A stretch of 44,643 nt of DNA, from IMG/VR virus record IMGVR_UViG_3300033067_000051, positions 1 to 44,643 of that record. One strand, written 5' to 3'. Shown in pieces: positions 33,103 through 41,479 of this stretch. The translations under genes and the position numbers were made by a program. Below the pieces are notes generated by a model. The model searched no databases and was not told the DNA's origin. It saw only the letters and a program-made list of their open reading frames with translations. Numbering within the stretch: position 1 is the first letter of the stretch; each line of letters starts with the position of its first letter. This stretch comes from a virus (lineage: Duplodnaviria > Caudoviricetes).

Positions 33103-33418
33103 GCATAATCTCCTTGTTTGTTAGATCAAGCTGCTTGTTGATCTCAAATCCAGTCCACATAGCAACGTCCTGAATGTACCGTTGGGTATCATTCTCGTTT
33201 GGTGGAGCATACCGGGAGATAATCTGCCCGATGGTCTTGAGATTGTATTTTTTGTAGTAGGTCAATAAGACCTTTGCCAGAGCGCGAATACCGTACTTAG
33301 GCTCAGTGAATTTGGCGAAGCGAGTATCTGGTTGATCGGCAGCAAGGCCGACCCACTTTGATCCTCTGTCAAGATTTCCCGGATTGTTCAAACGAACTCC
33401 ACGAGTAATCTTAGCCAT
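33011..33418 (-). CDS. Putative endolysin (PM2 P5-like / lysozyme-like NNPGN family)
   Basis: RGVRLNNPGNL, FAKF..P.YGIRAL, TI.QIISRYAPPNENDT.RY motifs; sits upstream of the spanins. Confidence 0.75.
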   Translation of the reverse strand: MAKITRGVRLNNPGNLDRGSKWVGLAADQPDTRFAKFTEPKYGIRALAKVLLTYYKKYNLKTIGQIISRYAPPNENDTQRYIQDVAMWTGFEINKQLDLTNKEIMLVLIKAIIRKEQGGNPYPDELLKEGVKLAL

Positions 33419-33870
33419 TATTCAGCATCCTTTTCAAGAGTAGCGGGTTGTTCAGCTTCTCTGCGACGAGCAGCTTCCTCGACAGCCTTCTCGTGCATAG
33501 CAACGACAAGGGCATTATCTACAGCGTACCGAGCATGTAAGTGACCGATCAAGACTTTCAGAGTCTCTTTAACCAGAGCCAGTTTGTCTGGCTGACCGTT
33601 TACACGCGAAGCTGCCGACAGCATAGCGGTCTTCAGTTCCGATGTAAGCCCATAAACATCCGTAGGGAAGTGTAGGAACGCAGGATTAGCATGAGCACCG
33701 TTACCAGCAACAGCAGGTTTGAGGGCGGCAGCACGAGCATCAATACGATCCGATTGAGCAACAGGCTCTGGAGCCGAAGTTTGTTCCTGAGTCTCAGGAG
33801 CTTCCGTTGTAGCATCGTTAGGTGCATTAGGTACACTCGGGTTAGTATTTTTGTTTTTGTTTTTTGCCAT
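33418..33870 (-). CDS. Hypothetical protein, 150 aa
   Basis: TAATG-coupled on both sides; GGAG RBS. Confidence 0.75.
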   Translation of the reverse strand: MAKNKNKNTNPSVPNAPNDATTEAPETQEQTSAPEPVAQSDRIDARAAALKPAVAGNGAHANPAFLHFPTDVYGLTSELKTAMLSAASRVNGQPDKLALVKETLKVLIGHLHARYAVDNALVVAMHEKAVEEAARRREAEQPATLEKDAE

Positions 33871-35648
33871 TAGGTTATTCTCCGTTTGAATTTGGATAAG
33901 GCATTTGGTGTATTGTTCTTATTAAATCCGGGGACGGGTCTACCGTTGCCCAACGGGTTGTTAATAAGTTTTGCGTAGTTGTCTGCTTTGATCTTAGCCG
34001 CTATCTTAGCGGAGTCCAATGCAAGAGCCTCTACCCAGTGACGGACTGATCCTGCGAGAGCATCAAGCCTATCGTCGTGGATCATTGATCCTTTGTCGCG
34101 GGTAATACGGGCAAGCTGGAATAGCAAGCTGTACGTAGCGCGGTTCTCGACCGGATATTTCTGTACTGATTCCCAATCTTCTGCGATTAGGTCTTTCTCA
34201 ACGATCAGTCGATTCGATGAGATTACGGGTTCCAGAATATCAATGATGCGGAGTTCCTTCTGTCCAGTTTCCCAGACTTCTTCAATTCCGCACTTATGTT
34301 CTTTCAATAACATTGGTGTCCAGATCGAGGCGAAAGCTCCGTTACCGAAGTTCTTCTCAATATCAATCTGATGTGGTTTCCACTTAACAGCAACGTCAGT
34401 GAGTCTGCGCATCTGTGTCTCTCCAAAGCCACCGGGTACGCCGCCAGAAGCGACGACGAATACCTTACCAGCTAGGAAGCGAGTAACTGCCCATGCAATC
34501 TCGTCACCGTTCTTACCTCCACCTGCCGGGTCAACGTACATGTGAGTCCCGGTGAAATCACCGAACTCTAAACCTGTACCTAGAACCTCGAAGTATGGTT
34601 CCTGTAATGGGAAGCCTTGAGGAGGATGTATACGAGAGTCGTTTGTGGCAGACCACTTGAACTCCAGAGGCACACGCTCTTTCGGAATGTGCATGAACAA
34701 GATGTCTTTAGTCTTCAGAGGATAGCGATCCTCATCCATCAGCTTTGTATCCAGCATGTGCTGTAGTTGGAAGTATGCCTTCCCTTGGTCGATCTCTTTT
34801 GAGATCAGTGTTTCTTCATCCAGCAGTTCGGGATCAGTGGCTTGACCACGATCTCCGGCTGGTCCACCACCACTCTGCAATGAGGGATTCAGCAGAATAT
34901 CTTCACGGATGATAGGAGCAAGAAAGTCTCTATAGTTTGGAAGCTCTTTTATAGTCGGATAACGACCTGTCCAAATACGGACGGTGTATCCCCGGCTAGG
35001 GAGCGAATTATATACGGAATCATTATTCTGCGGAGTACCTAGAAAGATAATCTCACCCGTAGAACAAATGGATGTAAAATCCTTTGTCAGGTGGTTCAGT
35101 CTTTCGCGCTGTACGGCAGTCTGAGAGTTCTTCGACGATTCAATATCGTCTGCGATCAGGATGTCGGCACGTTTACCTTGGATGTTGGATGTGATACCAA
35201 CGCAAGCAACGCTCGGAGATTTCTCCGGGCCTTTCAAGTCTTTGTGTACGTCGAACGCTTTGATCGACGAACGATCTGTTACATCTGGTCGCAAGCACTC
35301 TAATTCTGGCATGTGCATGATGATCTGGATAATCCAGTTCGCAATCTCTGCCGCCATATCGGAACCAGCCGATAGAATTAGAATACGGGTTTTAGGGTCA
35401 TGTATCAAACGCCATACTGCGTAACAGGCTGTGATTGTAGTCTTAGCCTGACCGCGTTGCGCTTGGATCATCTTATGCTTCGGGCCATACGCGAGAAACT
35501 TAGCAATGTCCTCTTGAATCCGTGTACAGGTAAACCCCAGAATATCTGTGATAACATCGTACAAGAAGTCTTCAAACTTCGCATAGTGCGCTTGGAGCAT
35601 CTCCAAGTCTCGCCATCGGCGCTCGACTTCAATTAAGTCTGTAGCCAT
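33870..35648 (-). CDS. Terminase large subunit (T7 gp19-like)
   Basis: 592 aa; AQRGQAKT, LIADDIE, LGTPQ, VDPAGGG..GDE and HDDRLDAL motifs. Confidence 0.96.
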   Translation of the reverse strand: MATDLIEVERRWRDLEMLQAHYAKFEDFLYDVITDILGFTCTRIQEDIAKFLAYGPKHKMIQAQRGQAKTTITACYAVWRLIHDPKTRILILSAGSDMAAEIANWIIQIIMHMPELECLRPDVTDRSSIKAFDVHKDLKGPEKSPSVACVGITSNIQGKRADILIADDIESSKNSQTAVQRERLNHLTKDFTSICSTGEIIFLGTPQNNDSVYNSLPSRGYTVRIWTGRYPTIKELPNYRDFLAPIIREDILLNPSLQSGGGPAGDRGQATDPELLDEETLISKEIDQGKAYFQLQHMLDTKLMDEDRYPLKTKDILFMHIPKERVPLEFKWSATNDSRIHPPQGFPLQEPYFEVLGTGLEFGDFTGTHMYVDPAGGGKNGDEIAWAVTRFLAGKVFVVASGGVPGGFGETQMRRLTDVAVKWKPHQIDIEKNFGNGAFASIWTPMLLKEHKCGIEEVWETGQKELRIIDILEPVISSNRLIVEKDLIAEDWESVQKYPVENRATYSLLFQLARITRDKGSMIHDDRLDALAGSVRHWVEALALDSAKIAAKIKADNYAKLINNPLGNGRPVPGFNKNNTPNALSKFKRRIT

Positions 35649-35673
35649 TTAGTCTCCTTGAATGTTATTTATA

Positions 35674-35697
35674 GAGGACACCCTTTCGGATGCCCTC
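35674..35697 (-). other. GNRA-capped hairpin between terminase genes
   Basis: GAGGGCAUCC-GAAA-GGGUGUCCUC; no U-tract follows. Confidence 0.55.
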
Positions 35698-35708
35698 AGT
35701 GAATAACA

Positions 35709-36035
35709 CTATTCTTCATCAGTGATAGGAACTACGTTGCCTACCCGCATACGGCTCTTCTTTTTCTGAAGGCGCTCTTCGAGTTCGGTCATTTCAGTAG
35801 ACTCTTCTCGCTGTGCTGTGATTTCGTTATCTTTTAGGAATTTGGTAATCGCTGTTAGCAACGAAGGATTTGCATTGATCTGATCTTCTAAGAACATTAC
35901 GACTGGCGCAGGGAGTTCATCCTCGTACTCATTCAGTAATGTCTCAGCACGATCCGAAGAATCCAAGGCGCGGCTCATAGCCTTTGCCACCTTCGCATGT
36001 AACTCAGCGAGTTCTTTATCTGTTGCGCTTCCCAC
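35709..36035 (-). CDS. Terminase small subunit (T7 gp18-like)
   Basis: AT..EL.ELH and KFLKDNEIT motifs; directly upstream of the large subunit. Confidence 0.88.
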   Translation of the reverse strand: MGSATDKELAELHAKVAKAMSRALDSSDRAETLLNEYEDELPAPVVMFLEDQINANPSLLTAITKFLKDNEITAQREESTEMTELEERLQKKKSRMRVGNVVPITDEE

Positions 36036-36219
36036 GTTTTACTCTCTTTGGTTTAGATCGCCACGAACGAATCATTTCGATTGCTTTAGGAACGTCTACA
36101 ATAAGACGGGCCACAAGCAATGCAGCCGATCCGATAGCGACCCAGTTTAAATCTTGGGCGAAACCAATTACGGATACTCCGTAGCCAGTTGCCGCCTCTA
36201 CTATATTATCTCGGGTCAT
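36016..36219 (-). CDS. Holin candidate (T7 gp17.5 position)
   Basis: 67 aa; hydrophobic core with very basic C-terminus; between fibre and small terminase. Confidence 0.65.
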   Translation of the reverse strand: MTRDNIVEAATGYGVSVIGFAQDLNWVAIGSAALLVARLIVDVPKAIEMIRSWRSKPKRVKRGKRNR

Positions 36220-38075
36220 TAGTCCTTCTCTGCAACTAATACTAATTTAAAGTTAGCGTCCGTAAGAGCGCCGCCATTATATAAGCCGTTGCCAGTAATA
36301 ATACTGAACACGCTCGTAGCGTTAGCTCCACCAGTACCGTTTGTTGGGTTGTTCGCCGCGTTATTAAAAGCAGCTAGCAAGAATCTGTCACCGACAGCCC
36401 ATATACCTTGTGCAGTAACGCATACTACATAAACAAAGAAGCGGTCAGGAACACCACCAAGACAGTGTGCAACAGTAGTAGTGCCACCAGTCGTAACGGT
36501 TCTGTTCTGCGTTCTGAATTTACCGTTCTGATTGAACTCATTCGCTACGTTAGAAGACGATACTCGGTTAAATCCACCGATTAGCTTTTTCTTAGTATAG
36601 TTTGTTGGCATCGTAGGTGATGTGGCGCTCGTTGATAACAAGACATCTGTTACACCCGTATCCGGGCGATTAATTACCCATACATAGTATGAGTTATTAC
36701 CTACAGAGCCTGTGTCCAGACCACCAGCGTTATTTCCTACAGCCCATGCGGCATCTACCTGTTTCGTTATAGCAGAAGTAATCTGCATAATCGTAGTGCC
36801 ATCATCAGAGGCACACGTACCAGCAGCGATAACGACATCATTCGTGGCATCACTACCACTTGTTGATAACGTAAGACCACTTAATACTTTATTCGCAAAT
36901 GCGAAAGCCAGTGACTGACCCACGCGCTGTGACGTAATTAACTTAGTTGATTCCGCAAGAGCTTGAGCTTCTGCCTGTGAGGCATACGCCGAGGCTGCAA
37001 GCATAGCTACCGTAAGGGAGCCGTTTGCAATCGTAAATGTAATGTCTGCCCAGTTTACCGAAGTTGTTCCGATTGTGCCGCCAGCATTGGCAGTACAAAT
37101 CCAAATCGTTGTACGAGTTTCATCTGCGTTCACAGTACCTTGCTGAACAATGCGAACTTGTGACTGTAATTCAGTCCACGAGTCAGCATCTGTTTGGCGA
37201 GTCAGTATAAATGGGGTTCCAGCAGAACCAACCTGTGTGAGTTTATACACACCGTTCTGTAATGCAGACGCTTGGTTCTTGACAAGCAGAAGTTGGTTCG
37301 CTGTGAGCGTGATACCATCTTGTGCGGATAGAGCGCCGTTAGCGTTTCCGGTCAGCGTTGCGCCAACTCCAGAAGTACCATTCGAGTATGTACATGCAGG
37401 TAGGGTAGTCGTCGTAGCGGCATCCACAGGATCGCGCCACTTCATTCCAGCCGCAGCAGCTTCAGCAGCTAGCTTTGCCGTATTGGCATCGTTCGCATAG
37501 CCTAGGGCTACTAGGGCCTGAGCAATCGCTCCCGCCTCAGCAGACTCAGCATCATCTTTGTGGGTCTCGGCTTCCAGAGCCGAGGCAGCCGCAGCCGCAG
37601 CATACACAGGCGCGTTGCCTGTCATGTCTTCAAGCTGCGATAGGGTTACAGCATCGTCTGGCTCTGTACCATCAGCCATATTTGTTACACGGTTTCCACC
37701 AACATCAAGGTTATCAACCAAAGGGGCAATACGCCCATCAAGAATTTCGTGAATTGCCATCATTGACTGTTTGGCTGTTTCATCGAGATTCGTTTCTTCA
37801 ATCGCAACACCGTTAGTGTAATCGTGGATTAATTCTTCTTTGTCAACTGTTCGTATAAACTGGACGGGTACAAGGTTACCCGGAGGTGCACCTTGAACTG
37901 TTACCAGACCGTCCGTGATCCAAGTGAGGTCTCTATATAATGGCTGGTTAAGGCCATCGACCTCATCACCGACCCGGCACTTCACATTCTCCCGGTCAAT
38001 AATGCCGAGGGTGAAGTTAATGGGCCAAGTTACCTGCGATCCGTTGCCTACGACATTGATAATGCTATAAGGCAT
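36219..38075 (-). CDS. Tail fibre with T7 gp17-like N-terminal adaptor
   Basis: 618 aa; GNGSQVTW..F...R.V...DY..G.....LD N-terminus, Ala-rich coiled coil, then G/T/A-rich beta domains. Confidence 0.9.
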   Translation of the reverse strand: MPYSIINVVGNGSQVTWPINFTLGIIDRENVKCRVGDEVDGLNQPLYRDLTWITDGLVTVQGAPPGNLVPVQFIRTVDKEELIHDYTNGVAIEETNLDETAKQSMMAIHEILDGRIAPLVDNLDVGGNRVTNMADGTEPDDAVTLSQLEDMTGNAPVYAAAAAASALEAETHKDDAESAEAGAIAQALVALGYANDANTAKLAAEAAAAGMKWRDPVDAATTTTLPACTYSNGTSGVGATLTGNANGALSAQDGITLTANQLLLVKNQASALQNGVYKLTQVGSAGTPFILTRQTDADSWTELQSQVRIVQQGTVNADETRTTIWICTANAGGTIGTTSVNWADITFTIANGSLTVAMLAASAYASQAEAQALAESTKLITSQRVGQSLAFAFANKVLSGLTLSTSGSDATNDVVIAAGTCASDDGTTIMQITSAITKQVDAAWAVGNNAGGLDTGSVGNNSYYVWVINRPDTGVTDVLLSTSATSPTMPTNYTKKKLIGGFNRVSSSNVANEFNQNGKFRTQNRTVTTGGTTTVAHCLGGVPDRFFVYVVCVTAQGIWAVGDRFLLAAFNNAANNPTNGTGGANATSVFSIITGNGLYNGGALTDANFKLVLVAEKD

Positions 38076-38104
38076 TAATGCAGTCTCCTTAGTTAGGGTG
38101 TATA

Positions 38105-38127
38105 TCTACTATGTATGAGTCACATTA
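38105..38127 (-). promoter_or_regulatory. Phage RNAP promoter upstream of the tail fibre gene
   Basis: TAATGTGACTCATACATAGTAGA; intergenic, followed by TAAGGAG RBS. Confidence 0.88.
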
Positions 38128-38138
38128 GAAGCAGCGCA

Positions 38139-41100
38139 TTACTGCGCCGCCTCCAAAAGTGAATTTACATTTGATTTATCAACGGGTTGTTTAGCTTTTG
38201 GCTCCTGAGATTTACTCTTGGCCTTGGCTTCCCGCTTCTGTTGCCGTTTAAGGCGCTTCTCATTCTCTTTACGCTCGTCCACATTAGCCTTCATCCTATT
38301 GAACATATAGCTAAATCCGTACAGGTTCCCAATAATCGGGAGGCTCTGTAGGGCCGTTACGTCCTGCTTGTCGTAGTTTCCTACGGCAGCCGATACGAGC
38401 GACTCTGGGATGTGTGCCATCCGGTCAACCGTATCCAGCGAGGGGATAGAGGGCATGATCTGTGACCCGGCAGAGCCGGGGCGAACAAAGTTGTTGAATC
38501 GCATAGAGTCGATCCCTAGGATTGCTCCCACGGGATCAGCCATCATAGCTACCGATCCGGTCATGTTACCTAGTCCAAAGGCTCCTTTGGCTACCTGCTT
38601 GGCAGACAATTTCTTGTCTTCTTTTCCAGAGATGGCTTCCTTGGCGGCATACACCGCCCCGGCAGTCAGGAACCCGTACATGAACGTGCCAGCCGTAATC
38701 GGGTCTAGCATACGCATGTTCCGGACAAGCTGCTTGTGGATCGACCCTAGAGTAAAGCTCTTTAGGTCGCTCATAAGTACACCGACAGAATCGTGATACC
38801 ATGCCGAGGATTCTCCGCGTAGCATCTTCTGTACAAGCTGGTTCGATACACGGCGCGACACCAGAGCGAAGTCTTGGAAGTCGGCGTGAGACCATTTCTC
38901 ACGGTGCAAGTTCACTACAACACCGTTGTCGTCGAACTCAACATTCTTTTTGAAGTTGTCCATTACTCGGTTGAAGAACTCTTTGTCTCCAAATCCAATG
39001 TCATACAGACGGGCATCCGACAGCTTCTCTTTTCCGAGTGCTATCTTACCCATCTTCTGCAAGAACATGCGGTTCGTGAATCGGTGCTGCGCTTGGTGCA
39101 CTACATTGAATAGCGACACCATTTGCTGCAACTGTTGACCTTTGACTAGAGCTTTGTCGAGGAAGCGGCCTAAGTCCTGCCTATAGGCGGGAGTCTGCAT
39201 CCACTCGTCGAGCATACGCTCAGGCTTCAGTACGTGGTGTTCACCCTTGATCGCTACGTTGAACTCAGCGAGTTGTTCCATAGCAGGTGAGTAAACACCA
39301 CGCATGATGTCTCGGACTTCAGCACGAGCCGACTTGATAAACGTATCCATGCCCATGTATCCGGCGATAGCGCCAGTCTCTGCTAGCTGAGTCAGACCCT
39401 GACCGTTCAGCAATGCTAAACGGGAAGTCTGAGTCATTCGACGAACCCACGGGTTCACCTCTCCCAGAGCGCGGCCTGTAAAGGCTGCCTTCAAAGACTC
39501 GAAGTGTTTCTCTTCAATCGGCTTGATCTGCTTAATCCGCATCTCATCCTTGATCGCGTCAATAATCTTAGGCCAGTCCTCGCGTTGAATACCCACACGA
39601 GCCAAAGCTCCTGCGTATCCTACTGTACGAGAATACTGTTCCCAAGTCTTAGCGTGATCCATTTCAATAAGGTCGATCAGCTTATAGTTCGTGCCGGGAA
39701 TTGGAGTACGGAGATCAATCTCATTACGCGAACGCAATGGGCCAATCTTTCTGTCCTCTGCCTTCAGACCCTTCAGGGCGGCAATCAATGCCTCGGCTTT
39801 CTCTTTTGTAATACCAGAGTTCATCATCATATCGAGGGCGAAGGACTCGCCTTCTTGATCCAATAAGCGTACAAGGTTCGTGTCGATACCTAAGTCCATA
39901 GCTTCAGCGCGGTTCATTACCGCATTAGCCCACACTTTTAAATCCTCTAAAGGAAGTCGAGTGTGAATTTTTGAGTAGCCATCTACGAGACCAGCAAGGA
40001 CTTGTGCCTTTGTTACGCCCTTAGCGTAAAGATCGTCTATAGCTTCTTGAGTCCAGCGTATAGGAGACCAGCCCGGTCTGTCTGGAAGGTCTTCAGAACC
40101 TTTGACACCGATCTCGTTTTCTTCTCCTTGCAGCCATCGACGGGAGCGCGTTGCACCTTCATCTCGGAAGGAATTAAACTCACGGATCGCTTTTGATTGC
40201 GTACCGGGGACTCCATCGTGCCACATACTTTGCATGTCTTCTTCAGATGCTCGGAGGAACGCCTTATGGCTCTCTGAGTTCTGGGGTAGGTTCATTTCAC
40301 CTAACCATGCTTTGTAATACTGTTCTTGTTTAGCCACTACGGGAGCAGCTATATGACCTATGTGCATATCAGCCAGTGCGGCTGCGTTCTTGTTGTTACG
40401 AATGTAACCCGAAGCACTTTCGTATACTTTATGGCCTACCATCTGTGCGATAGCGGAACCCGAGTCCATTAAGACATCGAACTCTGTACGGAACAGTGGG
40501 AACTTGTTCACCAGCTTACGCAGACCTTCTCCAATACCGGAGGCGTGTACTTGTTTGTCCACAATGTCTGTCTTCTGAATATATTCTTCTGCTTGCTTTA
40601 GCAAGTCAGCAGTAACCGGATTAATGTCGTTAGGATCGACTGTGTTCGTATTACTTGCAGCACCGAGGCTCTTGTCCCCGATTGTTATTTCATGTCCATC
40701 GGAAGGATACGTTTTTGGATACTCCGGGTTCGGAGGAACGTATTCATTCCGGAATTTTGCTAACGATTTATTCGCTTGCTGTTCAAAGACTCCGGCAGCG
40801 CCGAAGCCTGAACCAAATATGATACCCATAGTGGCAGCAGCCGGGATGTCTCCCAGATTTCCAGTAGGGCTAGTAAGTGTAGTGAGGGCAGTCGAAGCCA
40901 CCGAGGCTTCAAGACCAGCACCTGCACCGTAAGCGACACTCGCAATACGAGCATCCTGTACACCAGCCTTCGCTAATGCACCAACGGCTTTTGTACCTGT
41001 GTACGACCAACCAAGCGGAACCCAGTTCACTGGATCAACAATCTGACCCAACAGGTTCGCTGTCACTCCCTTTACTCCGGAGTGTGCGAATAACTGTGCG

Positions 41101-41477
41101 TCTTCCATCTCTTGATTAATGTCGTTCTTTACGTACTCCATTTCGGCTGTAGAGCGTACACCTCGGAAACTTTCGAGGTACTGGTTCGGAACTGTTTTGG
41201 TTAAGTCTTCCCAGTGGTCTTCTACATTAAACCCTTCTTCCGGTTCCATCGTAGTGTGTTCAATATAATTGTACACGCTCGGGATCGGCGTACTAGCGAC
41301 AGCACGACCAAGCATACTCGTACCTGACATAGAGAACAACGGTTCGGCCTCAGCCTTAACATCAAGCTCATTCGCTTGTGCTCCGGTCTGAGGGCCTACT
41401 AAGTTGGTCTCTAATGTCTGTGCGGTATTTACTTGGAGCCTATCGAGTACTTGCTTATCAAGTTCTTCGAGACTCAT
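38139..41477 (-). CDS. Large internal virion (ejectosome) protein, T7 gp16-like
   Basis: 1112 aa; helical; third internal virion gene, before the fibre; DPVNWVP motif. Confidence 0.82.
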   Translation of the reverse strand: MSLEELDKQVLDRLQVNTAQTLETNLVGPQTGAQANELDVKAEAEPLFSMSGTSMLGRAVASTPIPSVYNYIEHTTMEPEEGFNVEDHWEDLTKTVPNQYLESFRGVRSTAEMEYVKNDINQEMEDAQLFAHSGVKGVTANLLGQIVDPVNWVPLGWSYTGTKAVGALAKAGVQDARIASVAYGAGAGLEASVASTALTTLTSPTGNLGDIPAAATMGIIFGSGFGAAGVFEQQANKSLAKFRNEYVPPNPEYPKTYPSDGHEITIGDKSLGAASNTNTVDPNDINPVTADLLKQAEEYIQKTDIVDKQVHASGIGEGLRKLVNKFPLFRTEFDVLMDSGSAIAQMVGHKVYESASGYIRNNKNAAALADMHIGHIAAPVVAKQEQYYKAWLGEMNLPQNSESHKAFLRASEEDMQSMWHDGVPGTQSKAIREFNSFRDEGATRSRRWLQGEENEIGVKGSEDLPDRPGWSPIRWTQEAIDDLYAKGVTKAQVLAGLVDGYSKIHTRLPLEDLKVWANAVMNRAEAMDLGIDTNLVRLLDQEGESFALDMMMNSGITKEKAEALIAALKGLKAEDRKIGPLRSRNEIDLRTPIPGTNYKLIDLIEMDHAKTWEQYSRTVGYAGALARVGIQREDWPKIIDAIKDEMRIKQIKPIEEKHFESLKAAFTGRALGEVNPWVRRMTQTSRLALLNGQGLTQLAETGAIAGYMGMDTFIKSARAEVRDIMRGVYSPAMEQLAEFNVAIKGEHHVLKPERMLDEWMQTPAYRQDLGRFLDKALVKGQQLQQMVSLFNVVHQAQHRFTNRMFLQKMGKIALGKEKLSDARLYDIGFGDKEFFNRVMDNFKKNVEFDDNGVVVNLHREKWSHADFQDFALVSRRVSNQLVQKMLRGESSAWYHDSVGVLMSDLKSFTLGSIHKQLVRNMRMLDPITAGTFMYGFLTAGAVYAAKEAISGKEDKKLSAKQVAKGAFGLGNMTGSVAMMADPVGAILGIDSMRFNNFVRPGSAGSQIMPSIPSLDTVDRMAHIPESLVSAAVGNYDKQDVTALQSLPIIGNLYGFSYMFNRMKANVDERKENEKRLKRQQKREAKAKSKSQEPKAKQPVDKSNVNSLLEAAQ

Positions 41478-41479
41478 TG

